Assembly (NCBI GenBank): GCA_902627595.1 | Contig: CACOJO010000001.1 | Coordinates: 117,590 to 181,589, forward strand | Direction: 5' to 3' | DNA: 64,000 nt | Source of the DNA: an uncultured SAR86 cluster bacterium | Lineage (GTDB): Bacteria > Pseudomonadota > Gammaproteobacteria > Magnimaribacterales > AG-339-G14 | In this document: one piece after another, positions 8,943 to 20,056 of the stretch | How the letters are laid out: each line of letters starts with the position of its first letter | How positions within the stretch are numbered: position 1 is the first letter of the stretch | Notes under the pieces: model-generated | Seen by the model: the letters and a program-made list of their open reading frames with translations, nothing else | Database searches by the model: none | What the model was told of the DNA's origin: nothing | Translations under genes and position numbers: made by a program

Positions 8943-10452
8943 TTCTCTTTAATTTTAATATTGCAGATGTAAAAAAGATAATAACTAATATGAATAAGAA
9001 GGGAGTTTTTCCAACACCTGCATAAGGAGTTTGCCCTGATTTAAGAATTAAATCTTCTTGAAAACTTTCTAAATTAGTTTCTTTGGTAGAAGTTTCAATC
9101 TTTTGAATAATCTGACCTCGATGATTGATCAAAGCACTGATGCCAGTTGACGTAGATCTGACCAAATATTTTTGGTGTTCGGCTGCTCGAAATCTAGCAA
9201 TCTGTAAATGTTGATGTGGCCCTAAACCAGTTCCAAACCAATTGTCATTACTTGCATTGAATAAAACATTGGTCTCTTTACTATTAGATAAGAAGGTATT
9301 CTGATAGGCAATTTCATAACAAATTGCTGAGGATATTTTAATTTGATTATTGCCGATAATATCGTGACTTTTACCAGGAAATATTTGCGGACGATTAAAA
9401 TCAAAAAAATCAAAAAATAAGCTGAAAAACCCTGAAAAAGGAATGTATTCACCAAAAGGCACTAAGAACTTTTTATCGTAAGTGCCTGATATATTTCCAA
9501 GCCCAACTAATGAGTTATTTATCTCCTCTGATTTAGTTTCTGATAAGGTTCCCATGACCATTCCTAGCATTTTATTTTCATTGACAATATTGTTTCTAAA
9601 TTCATCAATTTGTTCTTTTTGAATTAATGAAGTTATGGTTACCTCTGGCCAAAACAAAATAGTTGGTAGAGAAAGATTTTGTATTGGATTTTGAGTTATT
9701 TTTATTTTTATTTCCTTTTCAATTTTTTTTAATCCTTTTTGCGTCCATTTTTCTTTGATATCGATATTAGGTTGAATAATTATTGCGGAGATTTTTTCAG
9801 TTGTTTTGGTCCAATTGATATTTTCAAGAGACTGATTCCCAATAAAAATGATAGTTAAGATTAATGAAGATAAATATAAAGATTTCTTTTTAGTTAAATC
9901 TTTCAAAGCACCTAAAAAAGAAAAGAATATTTGAGAGACCAAAACAATAAAAAAGCCTATTCCAAAAACTCCAAGTACGGGAATATAGCCTTGTAAAAAG
10001 GGGTTATCTACGGCGGTGTAACCAATGTATAGCCATGGGAAACCAGTAAATAGAAATTCCCTCAACCATTCGCTCAATACCCAAGTGGCTGGAAAAAGCA
10101 AAAAAATCTCATAATTTTCTCTTTGGTTTGTGACAAGTCTAAATAAGGTAAAACTTATAGCCTGAAACAAACTTAAAAAAGCTGCCAACAATAGTGTTAA
10201 AAAACTCCCTAATATTAAAGAAGCTCCTCCATAAACAGTTATGCTATTTTCTATCCAGAAAATTCCAAATGCCCAAAGACCAAAACCAAAAAAGTAGGAA
10301 ATAAAAAAAGTATCTTTAATGCTTTCCTTTTTTATTAATTGATATAGAAGTCCTGGGATAAGAAGAGTTAAAAACCAATAATTAAAAGGTTGGAAAGCTA
10401 AGATAATTAGAGACCCTAAAATAAATCCAGCGAAAAATTTAGAAAAATTCAC
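8926..10452 (-). CDS. lnt: Apolipoprotein N-acyltransferase
   Basis: FTGFPW, QPNI, WPE, KKFLVPFGEYIP, ICYE, SNDNWFG. Confidence 0.95.
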   Translation of the reverse strand: MNFSKFFAGFILGSLIILAFQPFNYWFLTLLIPGLLYQLIKKESIKDTFFISYFFGFGLWAFGIFWIENSITVYGGASLILGSFLTLLLAAFLSLFQAISFTLFRLVTNQRENYEIFLLFPATWVLSEWLREFLFTGFPWLYIGYTAVDNPFLQGYIPVLGVFGIGFFIVLVSQIFFSFLGALKDLTKKKSLYLSSLILTIIFIGNQSLENINWTKTTEKISAIIIQPNIDIKEKWTQKGLKKIEKEIKIKITQNPIQNLSLPTILFWPEVTITSLIQKEQIDEFRNNIVNENKMLGMVMGTLSETKSEEINNSLVGLGNISGTYDKKFLVPFGEYIPFSGFFSLFFDFFDFNRPQIFPGKSHDIIGNNQIKISSAICYEIAYQNTFLSNSKETNVLFNASNDNWFGTGLGPHQHLQIARFRAAEHQKYLVRSTSTGISALINHRGQIIQKIETSTKETNLESFQEDLILKSGQTPYAGVGKTPFLFILVIIFFTSAILKLKRNEKFL

Positions 10453-10477
10453 AACTTATTTTATCTGATTTAAAAAG

Positions 10478-11143
10478 TTATGGACTCAACCAATAGGCTA
10501 TGTTCTTTTCTTTGAATATCTTACAAGTCTCAACAATTGGTAAGCCTACAACATTGCTATAGCTACCCTCTAAAGATTCAACAAACAAAGCACCAAAACC
10601 CTGAATACCATAAGCGCCTGCTTTATCTTTTGGTTCATTGGTTTCCCAATATTTTGCACATTGATTAGCAGTTAAGTTTGCAAATTGAATTTCGGTTTTG
10701 ACAAGATCAAACATCATTTTAACTTCGGCATTAGACTGTGATTCGGTTTCGCCTAAGCAAACACATGTCATGACCGAATGTCTCCTTCCAGAAAACTCAA
10801 GGAGCATTGCAATGGCATGGTCTTTGTTTTGCGGCTTTCCAAATATTTTGTCATCCATAGTAACAATAGTATCAGCCGTTAAAATAGGTTTATTGGGCAA
10901 CTTCTTTTTTTGTCTAATCGCATGAGCAGCAACACATTTTTGATGAGTATTTTTTATAACAAAATCTTCAGGACTTTCATCGGTAAAATTGGACTCATCG
11001 AAATCACATTTAAGGATTTCAAAATTTACTTTTAGATTTTTAAGAATTTCGGATCTTCTAGGCGAACTAGAAGCGAGATAAATATCGAAATTATTTGATT
11101 TTTTCTTCTTTGTAGATAACGTGCTTTTTGACTCTAGGGTCAT
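10478..11143 (-). CDS. maf: Maf/YhdE nucleoside triphosphate pyrophosphatase
   Basis: [34 protein letters not shown]; start uncertain because it overlaps rpmG. Confidence 0.92.
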   Translation of the reverse strand: MTLESKSTLSTKKKKSNNFDIYLASSSPRRSEILKNLKVNFEILKCDFDESNFTDESPEDFVIKNTHQKCVAAHAIRQKKKLPNKPILTADTIVTMDDKIFGKPQNKDHAIAMLLEFSGRRHSVMTCVCLGETESQSNAEVKMMFDLVKTEIQFANLTANQCAKYWETNEPKDKAGAYGIQGFGALFVESLEGSYSNVVGLPIVETCKIFKEKNIAYWLSP

Positions 11144-11246
11144 ATTTTTTAAATTCTATTTTGTCTGGAGTTTTGGTCTTATTTTTATCTGTTGTGTAGA
11201 AGTGGCCCGTTCCAGCTGAGGAAACTAGTTTAATTTTTTCTCTCAT
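11091..11246 (-). CDS. rpmG: 50S ribosomal protein L33 (absent from the ORF track)
   Basis: Hand translation: [51 protein letters not shown]. Confidence 0.96.
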   Translation of the reverse strand: MREKIKLVSSAGTGHFYTTDKNKTKTPDKIEFKKYDPRVKKHVIYKEEKIK

Positions 11247-11479
11247 ATCTTTTCACCTCGGTCCCTAATTTCTTTTAAAACAACATCAATGCCTTTTTTA
11301 TCAATGATTCTCATCCCTTTAGCAGAAAGAGTAAGGGTCACATATTTATTTTCAGACTCTACCCAAAACTTATGACGATGCAAATTAGGCATAAATTTTC
11401 TTTTAGTTTTATTTACTGCCTTAGAAACATTGTTCCCTGCCATTGGCGTTTTTCCTGTTACTTGACACTCTTTACTCAT
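11243..11479 (-). CDS. rpmB: 50S ribosomal protein L28
   Basis: [19 protein letters not shown]...[13 protein letters not shown]. Confidence 0.96.
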   Translation of the reverse strand: MSKECQVTGKTPMAGNNVSKAVNKTKRKFMPNLHRHKFWVESENKYVTLTLSAKGMRIIDKKGIDVVLKEIRDRGEKI

Positions 11480-11553
11480 AATATTCCTTTACAAGAAGTG
11501 CTTTATACCAGAATCCTAAGTTCAAAGAAACCTATCTGAGTTATAATTTTTGT

Positions 11554-12756
11554 ATGGAACAATTGGCCAATAGACAAATTTTGCTTTGCGTCACAGGAGG
11601 TATTGCTGCATATAAAGCAGCTGAGTTAATCAGGCTATTTAAAAGCTCTGGCTCTGAAGTTCGAGTACTCATGACTGAAGCAGCCAAAGAATTCATTACA
11701 CCTCTTACCATGCAGGCATTGTCTGGTAATGAAGTTCATTCAGATCTTTTAGATACTAATGCCGAATCAGCTATGGGACACATAGAATTAGCAAGATGGG
11801 CTGATGCCATAGTAATTTCTCCTTGTTCAGCAGATAGCCTTGCAAAACTTGCTGCTGGAAGAGGTGACGACTTAATGTCTGCGGTATGTCTAGCTGCAGA
11901 CTCTAAAATATTTTTTGCTCCTGCAATGAATCAAGGCATGTGGAAGGATAAACGTACAAAAAAGAATCTTTCATTACTAAAAAAACCTGTTTTTCACCAA
12001 ATCGGCCCTAACGAAGGCGATCAAGCTTGTGGTGATGTGGGTCCTGGCAGAATGTCAGAACCCAAGGAAATTATTGAGGAAGTAGCTAAAGAATTTTCTA
12101 CTGGATTGTTAGCAGGCAAAAAAGTACTAATCACTGCTGGACCCACAAGAGAAAAAATAGATCCCGTTAGATACATCTCTAACAAAAGTTCTGGAAAGAT
12201 GGGGTTTTCGCTTGCTAAAGCTGCTGTTGATGAATCTGCAAAAGTGACTTTGATTTCTGGTCCAGTAACTTTAGATACACCAGAGAGGGTTAAAAGAATA
12301 GATATCGAATCTGCCGAGGAAATGAAAGAACTCGTTACCTCAAATCTATCTGACATCGATTTGTTTATATCAACAGCCGCAGTTGCAGATTTCAAAATGA
12401 AAAATGCTGAACCTCAAAAAATAAAAAAAGATCAATCCAAAAACATTAGCTTGAGTTTAGAAAAAAATGAAGACATTTTGAAATACGTTTCCGATAACAA
12501 TCCCAATTTAAAAATAGTAGGTTTTGCAGCAGAAACTGAAAACATGATTGATAACGCTAGAAAAAAATTATCTTCAAAGAATTTGAATTTAATTGTCGCC
12601 AACGATGTCTCAGATAGTTCTATAGGTTTTGACTCAAACAATAATGAGGTGACATTAATTACTGAAAAAGAAGAATTAAAAATACCTAAAACTTCTAAAG
12701 AAAAGATTGCCAGAAAAATAGTTCAATTTATTTCAAAAAACATCCTTAATGATTAG
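11554..12756 (+). CDS. coaBC: Phosphopantothenoylcysteine decarboxylase/ligase
   Basis: [55 protein letters not shown]. Confidence 0.96.
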   Translation: MEQLANRQILLCVTGGIAAYKAAELIRLFKSSGSEVRVLMTEAAKEFITPLTMQALSGNEVHSDLLDTNAESAMGHIELARWADAIVISPCSADSLAKLAAGRGDDLMSAVCLAADSKIFFAPAMNQGMWKDKRTKKNLSLLKKPVFHQIGPNEGDQACGDVGPGRMSEPKEIIEEVAKEFSTGLLAGKKVLITAGPTREKIDPVRYISNKSSGKMGFSLAKAAVDESAKVTLISGPVTLDTPERVKRIDIESAEEMKELVTSNLSDIDLFISTAAVADFKMKNAEPQKIKKDQSKNISLSLEKNEDILKYVSDNNPNLKIVGFAAETENMIDNARKKLSSKNLNLIVANDVSDSSIGFDSNNNEVTLITEKEELKIPKTSKEKIARKIVQFISKNILND

Positions 12757-13300
12757 ATGGATTTTGCTCAAATTAGTAGGAATATTCCTGCCTTCCTTAA
12801 TATCAAAAGCGGTTAGTCCCGGACAACAAGCAACCTCGAATATAGCACTTAACGTTGAATTTAAAATTCTTGATAACGAACTTGGCGACAAAATTCCTTT
12901 ACCTAAATTTAGCACCGCAGGATCTGCAGCATTAGACTTGAGGACTAATATCAAAGAAAAGAAAGTTCTCCAGCCCGATGAGACTTTTCTTTTTTCTACT
13001 GGATTTTCAATACATATTAAAGACTCTAAATATGCGGCCTTGATTCTCCCTAGATCAGGCTTAGGGCATAAACATGGAATTGTCTTGGGAAACCTGGTGG
13101 GCCTTATTGACTCAGATTATCAAGGAGAAATCATGGTCTCTTTATGGAATAGATCCAAAGAATCATTCGAGATTATCCCTGGAGATAGGATTGCCCAGAT
13201 GATGTTTTTTGCTGTTACTTCACCTAACTTTAAGTTGGTTTCTGAATTTGATTTCTCAGAAAGAGGCTCTAAGGGTTTTGGTTCCTCAGGAACTAAATAA
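12749..13300 (+). CDS. dut: dUTP diphosphatase (start uncertain)
   Basis: [37 protein letters not shown]; follows coaBC. Confidence 0.93.
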   Translation: MIRWILLKLVGIFLPSLISKAVSPGQQATSNIALNVEFKILDNELGDKIPLPKFSTAGSAALDLRTNIKEKKVLQPDETFLFSTGFSIHIKDSKYAALILPRSGLGHKHGIVLGNLVGLIDSDYQGEIMVSLWNRSKESFEIIPGDRIAQMMFFAVTSPNFKLVSEFDFSERGSKGFGSSGTK

Positions 13301-13301
13301 A

Positions 13302-15089
13302 TTAAAATCTGAAAGCTTTTTTTCTTAACCTAATCGCTGAAGGAGTTACTTCTACTAATTCATCTTCTTCGATAAATTCCAATGCCTGTTCTAAAGAATG
13401 CTCAATATGTGGAACCAAAATAAGATTTTCATCAGTACCAGAGGCTCTGATATTGGTTAACTGTTTTGCTTTTGTTGGGTTAACCGGTAAGTCGTTGTCT
13501 CTGGAATGTAAGCCAACAATTTGCCCTTTATAAACATTCAATCCATGTCCTACAAAAAGCTTCCCCCTGTTTTGTAAGTTGAATAATGAATAGGCTAAGG
13601 TTTTGCCTTCAGCCATAGAGACCAGGACACCATTTTGACGTGTAGTAATCTCACCTTTTTTTGCAGGACCGTAATGATCGAAGATACTAGTTAGAATTCC
13701 GGTGCCACTGGTCAAGGTAAGAAACTGAGACCTAAATCCAATCATGCCTCTGGAAGGCGCAATAAAATCCAATTTTATTCTTGCCGTTTCGCTCGGTTCC
13801 ATATTTTTCAGTTCCGCCTTTCTTGAACCCATCTCTTCCATTACAGGTCCTTGATGTTGCTCCTCAATGTCAATTACTATTTGTTCAAAAGGTTCATGAA
13901 TTTCGCCATTCACTTCTTTTTGAATGACCTCAGGTTTTGAAACTCCCAATTCGAACCCTTCTCGACGCATGTTTTCTATCAAAACCGATAAATGCAATTC
14001 ACCACGGCCAGAGACTTTGAATTTATCAGCACTTTCACCTTGCTCAACTCTCAAAGCAACATTACTTAATAATTCTTGTTCAAGACGGTCTTTGATGTTT
14101 CTTGACGTTACAAATTTACCTTCTTTACCAGCAAACGGGGAATCATTCACTTGAAAGGTCATACTCACAGTCGGCTCATCTACAGAGAGAGGAGGGAGTT
14201 GTTCTATTTTCTCTGGGTTACATAAAGTATCTGAGATATACAAATTTTCAATACCGGTCACACAGACAATGTCACCTGCTTCAGCTTTGTCGACCTCAAC
14301 TCTTTCCAAACCTTCATGACCCAAAACTTGTAGAATTTTTCCTGTTTTTTGTTCTCCTTCAACATCGATCACTACAACTTGATCGTTTGGCTTAACGTTT
14401 CCGCGAGATATTCTACCGATACCAATTACACCCACATAGCTATTACTATCTAAAGCACTGATTTGCATTTGAAAAGGTTCTTCCAAACTCACAGGGGGTT
14501 CGTTCACTTTGGTAATGATGAGGTCTAAGAGCGGAGACATATCTTCTTCAATATTCTCCAAATCTAAGCCGGAAGTTCCATTCAATGCAGAGGCATAAAT
14601 TGTAGGAAAATCCATTTGTTGATCATTCCCACCCAACCTATCGAAAAGATCAAAAACTTGATCTTGTACCCAATCGGGTCTAGCACTTGGACGATCAATT
14701 TTATTTATAACTAAAATGGGATTTAGCCCTTTTTCAAAAGCTTTTTGAGTCACAAATCTGGTTTGAGGCATGGGACCATCGACGGCATCAACTAGCAACA
14801 AAACCGAATCCACCATAGACAAAACTCTCTCAACTTCTCCACCAAAATCAGCATGTCCTGGAGTGTCTACGATATTGATTTTATGATCTTTCCACTTGAT
14901 GGCAGTGTTTTTAGAAAGAATCGTTATTCCTCTCTCTCTTTCTTGATCGTTGGAATCTAAGATTCTTTCCGAGCCAATATTTTTTCGATCCAAGGTGCCG
15001 GAATGTTCTAGTAATTTATCGACTAAAGTAGTTTTCCCATGATCGACGTGTGCAATGATGGCGATATTTCTAATAAATTCAGGATTCAT
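13302..15089 (-). CDS. typA: Translational GTPase TypA/BipA
   Basis: [41 protein letters not shown]. Confidence 0.97.
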   Translation of the reverse strand: MNPEFIRNIAIIAHVDHGKTTLVDKLLEHSGTLDRKNIGSERILDSNDQERERGITILSKNTAIKWKDHKINIVDTPGHADFGGEVERVLSMVDSVLLLVDAVDGPMPQTRFVTQKAFEKGLNPILVINKIDRPSARPDWVQDQVFDLFDRLGGNDQQMDFPTIYASALNGTSGLDLENIEEDMSPLLDLIITKVNEPPVSLEEPFQMQISALDSNSYVGVIGIGRISRGNVKPNDQVVVIDVEGEQKTGKILQVLGHEGLERVEVDKAEAGDIVCVTGIENLYISDTLCNPEKIEQLPPLSVDEPTVSMTFQVNDSPFAGKEGKFVTSRNIKDRLEQELLSNVALRVEQGESADKFKVSGRGELHLSVLIENMRREGFELGVSKPEVIQKEVNGEIHEPFEQIVIDIEEQHQGPVMEEMGSRKAELKNMEPSETARIKLDFIAPSRGMIGFRSQFLTLTSGTGILTSIFDHYGPAKKGEITTRQNGVLVSMAEGKTLAYSLFNLQNRGKLFVGHGLNVYKGQIVGLHSRDNDLPVNPTKAKQLTNIRASGTDENLILVPHIEHSLEQALEFIEEDELVEVTPSAIRLRKKAFRF

Positions 15090-15131
15090 ATAAATGGCTG
15101 ATTAGGAGCCTAAACAATCAAGTATGAAAAA

Positions 15132-15608
15132 TTATTTTTCTTCAGAAGAATTAGAAGATTCATCACTGACTTCTTCAACAGAAGTTTCTTCTTTAGGAGC
15201 TTCAGAAGGAGCTGCTTCAGAAGCTTCAATGGTTTCTTTAGCTGAGGATTCAGGAGCTTCTTTCGTTACTTCTTCAACCGGAGCTGAGGTTTTTACATCT
15301 TCTTCTACTGGAGGAGTCTCTTCTTGAAGATTTTCTTCAACAGGAGCAGCTTTAACAGCAGCTTTCTTTTTTGAAAAACGTTTTTTGAACCTTTCAACTC
15401 TTCCACCAGTATCAATAATTTTATTCTGGCCTGTGTAAAAAGGATGAGAGGCTGAAGATACATCAAGAGGGCAGTAAGGATAAGTATTGCCATCTTCCCA
15501 TTCTTTTGTTTGGTCTGTTTCCAATGTTGATGGTATGAGATAGTACTTATCTACACTCACATCATGAAATAAAACAATTCTGTATTCTGGATGAATTTCT
15601 TTTTTCAC
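15132..15608 (-). CDS. rpmE2: 50S ribosomal protein L31 type B with long acidic extension
   Basis: MKKEIHPEY...WEDGNTYP...[12 protein letters not shown]...[10 protein letters not shown]; no CxC/CxxC zinc ligands. Confidence 0.92.
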   Translation of the reverse strand: MKKEIHPEYRIVLFHDVSVDKYYLIPSTLETDQTKEWEDGNTYPYCPLDVSSASHPFYTGQNKIIDTGGRVERFKKRFSKKKAAVKAAPVEENLQEETPPVEEDVKTSAPVEEVTKEAPESSAKETIEASEAAPSEAPKEETSVEEVSDESSNSSEEK

Positions 15609-15678
15609 TATTCTTCTTGATTAAAAAAATATGCTGCCGCACTATACCAGAAGACTATTTATTCTCAAATAAACTTAA

Positions 15679-17844
15679 ATGGAAAATTTATATTATGAAG
15701 TAGCGCTTCCTTTACCTCTTAGAAACTCTTTTACTTACAGTTCAAATGTCAAGATTTCCAATGGCTCCAGAGTTCAAGTTTCATTTAGAAACCGAGAAAT
15801 TATCGGATATGTTTTAAGTAAACAATCCAACCCAAATGTAAAATCTATTAAACCCATAATCAAAGTTTTAGATAGAAATTCTTTAATAGATAAGTCCTCT
15901 TACGACCTCATTCATTGGATAGCCAACTACTATAAAGCACCTATTGGAGAAATTTTTAAATCCTATTTCCCGCCTTTTTTGAGAAAAGGCAAAGAAATAA
16001 ATGATTCCATAGAGGTGTACGCAATTACAAACTTGGGTAAATTAGCGAGCAAAGAATCCTTTGGACGTGCAAAAAAGCAATTTGAAGCACTAGAAGTTTT
16101 TCAACACAAATCAGAGTTATCCCGTATAGGTTTAAAAGCAAACAAAATCTCTAAAGCCATCTTGGATGCTTTAATTTCAAAAGGTTATCTTGAGATAAAA
16201 AGCCTTAATCGAAATGAATTGAAAACTAACAAAGAACTTAACTTAGAAGCTTTTTTTGAATTAAATGTTGAGCAAAATAAAATTTATAAGTCCATTAAAA
16301 ATTCATCAACCAATCTTACTCATCTAATTTTTGGAGTTACAGGAAGTGGTAAAACCGAAATATATTTTCATCTTATTAGAGACTTTTTAGAAAAGGGTAA
16401 ACAAGTATTAATTCTTGTTCCAGAAATTGGTCTGACTCCAAATCTAAAAGCCGAAATCGAAAGGAGATTTGGCGATGACAATGTCGCTCTTTTGCACTCT
16501 GAAATGTCAGAAAAAGATAGAGCTCACGCCTGGAATGATATTAACAAAGGCTATAAGTCAATTTTGATTGGAACAAGATCAGCAATTTTTACCCCCTTCA
16601 AGGATTTAGGCTTGATAGTGGTAGATGAAGAGCATGATTCTTCATACAAACAAATTGATGGCTTTAGATATTCAGCTAGAGATGTTGCAGTCTATCGAGC
16701 AAATCTTGAAAAAATTCCTGTCATCATGTGCTCAGCAACGCCTAGCCTGGAAAGTCTTAAAAATTGTCAGGATGAAAAATACAGCTTACACAAACTAACG
16801 CGAAGGGTAAAAGATGCCAGACAGCCTAAGTTTGAAATCTCTGATTTAAGATCATCCGAGTTAAAGTCAGGTTTAACCGAATATAGTCTTAATGAAATTT
16901 ACAAAGAATTAAGTAAAGGCAATCAAGTTTTAGTCTTCCTCAACAAAAAAGGCTACGCACCAATGGTCTTTTGCAACAAATGCGGCTGGACTCCGGAATG
17001 CAGTAATTGCGACGTATCAATGGTTTATCACATCAATCCTAAAAGATTAGTCTGTCATCATTGTGGAACCAAGCATCCAATGCCAGTTGCTTGTCTGAAC
17101 TGTGACGAAGAAAGTTTGGAATTTTTTCATACGGGAACTGAGAAACTCGAAGAATTTTTAAAAGAGCATTTCAAAAATACTTCTGTGATCAGAGTTGACC
17201 GAGAAGCTCTAGGTAAGGAGAAATTAAGATCCAACTCGGTGCTACCAGATTCCAAAGAGCCTCTCATATTGGTGGGAACGCAGATTTTAGCCAAAGGTCA
17301 TCACATGCCCAATTTGACTCTAGTGGTAGTAGTAGACGCTGACAGTGGCCTTTTTTCAGTTGACCACAAAGCTTCTGAAAGGTTGGCTCAGTTATTGATT
17401 CAGGTTTCAGGAAGAGCTGGCAGAGAAGATAAAGAAGGCAGGGTCATTTTGCAATCGTTTGTACCTGAACATCCTTTTTTAGAAAAAATTTCTTCTTTTG
17501 ATTACGAGAAGATTGCCAACGAAATTTTAGAAGAGAGACAAACCAATAAGCTTCCGCCTTTTGTTTATCAAATTAACATTCATGCGGAGTCCCTAAAACG
17601 ACCTCTTCCAGAGAAGGTTTTGATGGAAATCTGTCGTTCGTTAAACTTAAATGACGATGAATTTATAGGACCAAAACCAGAGCTTATCGAAAAAAGAAAA
17701 AATTACTTTCGATGGGTCCTAACCCTGAAATCTGAAAATAGAAAATATATACATGCTCTTGCAAATCAAGTTATCAAGATGATCGATCAAAGCGATTATT
17801 CAAAAAACGTCAGAGTTGGAATTGATGTGGATCCACTCAACTAG
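15679..17844 (+). CDS. priA: Primosomal protein N'
   Basis: GVTGSGKTE, VDEEHD, SATPS, four CxxC pairs, QVSGRAGR, DVDP. Confidence 0.96.
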   Translation: MENLYYEVALPLPLRNSFTYSSNVKISNGSRVQVSFRNREIIGYVLSKQSNPNVKSIKPIIKVLDRNSLIDKSSYDLIHWIANYYKAPIGEIFKSYFPPFLRKGKEINDSIEVYAITNLGKLASKESFGRAKKQFEALEVFQHKSELSRIGLKANKISKAILDALISKGYLEIKSLNRNELKTNKELNLEAFFELNVEQNKIYKSIKNSSTNLTHLIFGVTGSGKTEIYFHLIRDFLEKGKQVLILVPEIGLTPNLKAEIERRFGDDNVALLHSEMSEKDRAHAWNDINKGYKSILIGTRSAIFTPFKDLGLIVVDEEHDSSYKQIDGFRYSARDVAVYRANLEKIPVIMCSATPSLESLKNCQDEKYSLHKLTRRVKDARQPKFEISDLRSSELKSGLTEYSLNEIYKELSKGNQVLVFLNKKGYAPMVFCNKCGWTPECSNCDVSMVYHINPKRLVCHHCGTKHPMPVACLNCDEESLEFFHTGTEKLEEFLKEHFKNTSVIRVDREALGKEKLRSNSVLPDSKEPLILVGTQILAKGHHMPNLTLVVVVDADSGLFSVDHKASERLAQLLIQVSGRAGREDKEGRVILQSFVPEHPFLEKISSFDYEKIANEILEERQTNKLPPFVYQINIHAESLKRPLPEKVLMEICRSLNLNDDEFIGPKPELIEKRKNYFRWVLTLKSENRKYIHALANQVIKMIDQSDYSKNVRVGIDVDPLN

Positions 17845-17845
17845 C

Positions 17846-18298
17846 TTAAAGATTTAAGTTTAAAGAAGTTTTAATTTCACATTTTCTTGCAGTTTCTCCT
17901 TGATGGAATAATGAAATGGCAATGTCAGGCTCTTTTAAAAAACCAGATCCTTTTTCAGGCCATTCTATAAAGTTGATTGAATTCGCTTCTTGCAGATATT
18001 CTTCTAAACCGATTGCGCTTAGCTCGGTAATTTTTTCCACACGGTATAAATCGATATGAAAGATTTTTAAATCTTCGATTTCATAAGGCTCAATCAAAGT
18101 AAAGGTTGGACTATTGATGAAATTTTCTATGCCAAGATAATTTAAAACTTCTTTTACCAAAGTGGTCTTTCCTGTGCCTAAGTCTCCAGAAAGATGAATA
18201 GAAATCGGATAATTATTTTCTTTTATTAGAAAAGAAGAGAGTTTTTCTGCAAGTTGTTTAGTTTCATCTAGGCTTGATAAGACAAGTTCTTTATTCAT
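17846..18298 (-). CDS. tsaE: tRNA threonylcarbamoyladenosine biosynthesis ATPase
   Basis: GDLGTGKTT, SPTFTL, HIDLYR, IEWPE. Confidence 0.95.
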   Translation of the reverse strand: MNKELVLSSLDETKQLAEKLSSFLIKENNYPISIHLSGDLGTGKTTLVKEVLNYLGIENFINSPTFTLIEPYEIEDLKIFHIDLYRVEKITELSAIGLEEYLQEANSINFIEWPEKGSGFLKEPDIAISLFHQGETARKCEIKTSLNLNL

Positions 18299-19166
18299 TC
18301 TTCATTTTCATAAAGTTAAATAAATCAGAAGGCATCAAAGATTTCATATCGTGCTTTTCAATATAACTATCTGCTGCTCTTGCATGCATATCCACTCCTA
18401 AGCAAGCAGCATCTATGGACGATAAACCTTGAGCAATTAATCCAGAAACTAGTCCAGAAAGTACATCGCCCATGCCTCCTACTGCCATACCAGCATTGCC
18501 TTTTTTACAAACAAATGCAGTTCTTTTGTTGCCTATCATTGTTTCATGACCTTTAAGAATTACCGTTGCATTGTATTTGTCACAAAGCTCAGCTAAAGCT
18601 CGTGGTCTATTTTTTTGAATGGTCGAGACCTTTGTCTTGAGCAATCGAGCTGCTTCTCCTGGATGAGGCGTAAGGATTAATTTTTTTGGCAATTTAATTT
18701 TCAGTCTGTTTTCAGAGAGGATATTTAATCCATCTGCATCAATCAAAATCGGCAGATTTTCTTTTACTGCAAAGTTTGTTGATTTATAAAGCATCTGATC
18801 AGCCCAAAAATTTCTACCCAATCCCGGACCGATACAAATGACTGTTTTATTGGGCAAGTGATTTTCTAAGTCAGAGATGCTTTCCACAGTTTTCGTCATA
18901 ACTTCTGGACAATATGCCAAAGCAGCTGACAGATGGTCTTTTCTCGTCGCCAAGGTCGCCAAACCTGCACCGCTTGCTAGAACTGCCTTTGAGGAAAGAA
19001 GGGCGGCACCACCAAAACCAAGATTTCCTGCAATGACTAAAACATGACCATAGTCTCCCTTATTAGAATTAGGGTTTCTGATGAGCTTTTTTTCGATATT
19101 TTTTGATTTAAATTCTTTGATTTTCAATTTGTATAAAAATTTATTAAATATATTATGTACAAACAA
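18291..19166 (-). CDS. nnrD: ADP-dependent NAD(P)H-hydrate dehydratase, stand-alone (no epimerase domain)
   Basis: NKGDYGHVLVIAG, IGPGLG, IDADGL, LTPHPGEAARL, GGMGDVLSG; the true start may be about 40 nt downstream. Confidence 0.9.
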   Translation of the reverse strand: MFVHNIFNKFLYKLKIKEFKSKNIEKKLIRNPNSNKGDYGHVLVIAGNLGFGGAALLSSKAVLASGAGLATLATRKDHLSAALAYCPEVMTKTVESISDLENHLPNKTVICIGPGLGRNFWADQMLYKSTNFAVKENLPILIDADGLNILSENRLKIKLPKKLILTPHPGEAARLLKTKVSTIQKNRPRALAELCDKYNATVILKGHETMIGNKRTAFVCKKGNAGMAVGGMGDVLSGLVSGLIAQGLSSIDAACLGVDMHARAADSYIEKHDMKSLMPSDLFNFMKMKNE

Positions 19167-19186
19167 TCCTGAAATCTAAAATTTAT

Positions 19187-20056
19187 ATGTCGGAAAAAGA
19201 TTCTAAAGATATCAAAGTAAAGAGAAATCCTAAGATCAACATTCAAGAGGCTGATCCCTCTTTACCACCTTCAAAACCTAAACCTGCAGCTACGGTGTTG
19301 CTGGTTAGAACTATCGAAGAAGCAGTAGAAGTATTTATGATACAAAGATCAATCAAAACAAATTTTGGCGGTGCGTGGGTATTTCCTGGAGGGAAGCTCG
19401 ATGAATATGATTTAAAAGATGACATCAACAATTACTGTCGTGGTTTAACAGATGAAGTTGCATCGCAATTATTGGGTGTCAAATCAGGAGGACTCAACTA
19501 TTGGATTGCTTGCATAAGAGAGTGTTTTGAGGAATGTGGCGTCTTGCTAGCTTATAGAAGCAGTGGAGAAGTCTTTGGCTCTTCAGATGAAAGTGAAAAA
19601 GAAATTCTTAAAAAGTATCGAAATAAATTAAATCAAGGCGAACCGGTCTTATTGGAATTATGTCAAAAGTTGGACTTGCAACTTGCTGTTGATCGTCTGG
19701 CTTACATCTCACATTGGGTTACACCAAAATCCGAAGCTAAAAGATACAGTACGCATTTTTTTATTGCGCTATTTCCAGAAGGGCAAACTGCCAAGCATGA
19801 TGGCAGCGAAGGAGTAAAAAGCATATGGATTAAACCCGAGGATGCTCTTGCTCAAGGAGAAAAGGGCGAGTTTCCAATAATTTTCCCAACCATTAAAAAT
19901 TTAGAATCCATTAAAGGGTTCACCGATACTGAAACACTGCTTAAAAACAAAGTAGAAGACCAAAATAATATCGTTACTGTAGAGCCTAAAATTTTCATGC
20001 AAGACGGAAAAATGGTTTTACTGATGCCAGGAGATGAAGGTTATGACGATCACTGA
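19187..20056 (+). CDS. NUDIX hydrolase (NUDT19-like subgroup)
   Basis: PAATVLL, VFPGG...IRECFEECG split Nudix box, HWVTP...RYSTHFF, FPT. Confidence 0.8.
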   Translation: MSEKDSKDIKVKRNPKINIQEADPSLPPSKPKPAATVLLVRTIEEAVEVFMIQRSIKTNFGGAWVFPGGKLDEYDLKDDINNYCRGLTDEVASQLLGVKSGGLNYWIACIRECFEECGVLLAYRSSGEVFGSSDESEKEILKKYRNKLNQGEPVLLELCQKLDLQLAVDRLAYISHWVTPKSEAKRYSTHFFIALFPEGQTAKHDGSEGVKSIWIKPEDALAQGEKGEFPIIFPTIKNLESIKGFTDTETLLKNKVEDQNNIVTVEPKIFMQDGKMVLLMPGDEGYDDH

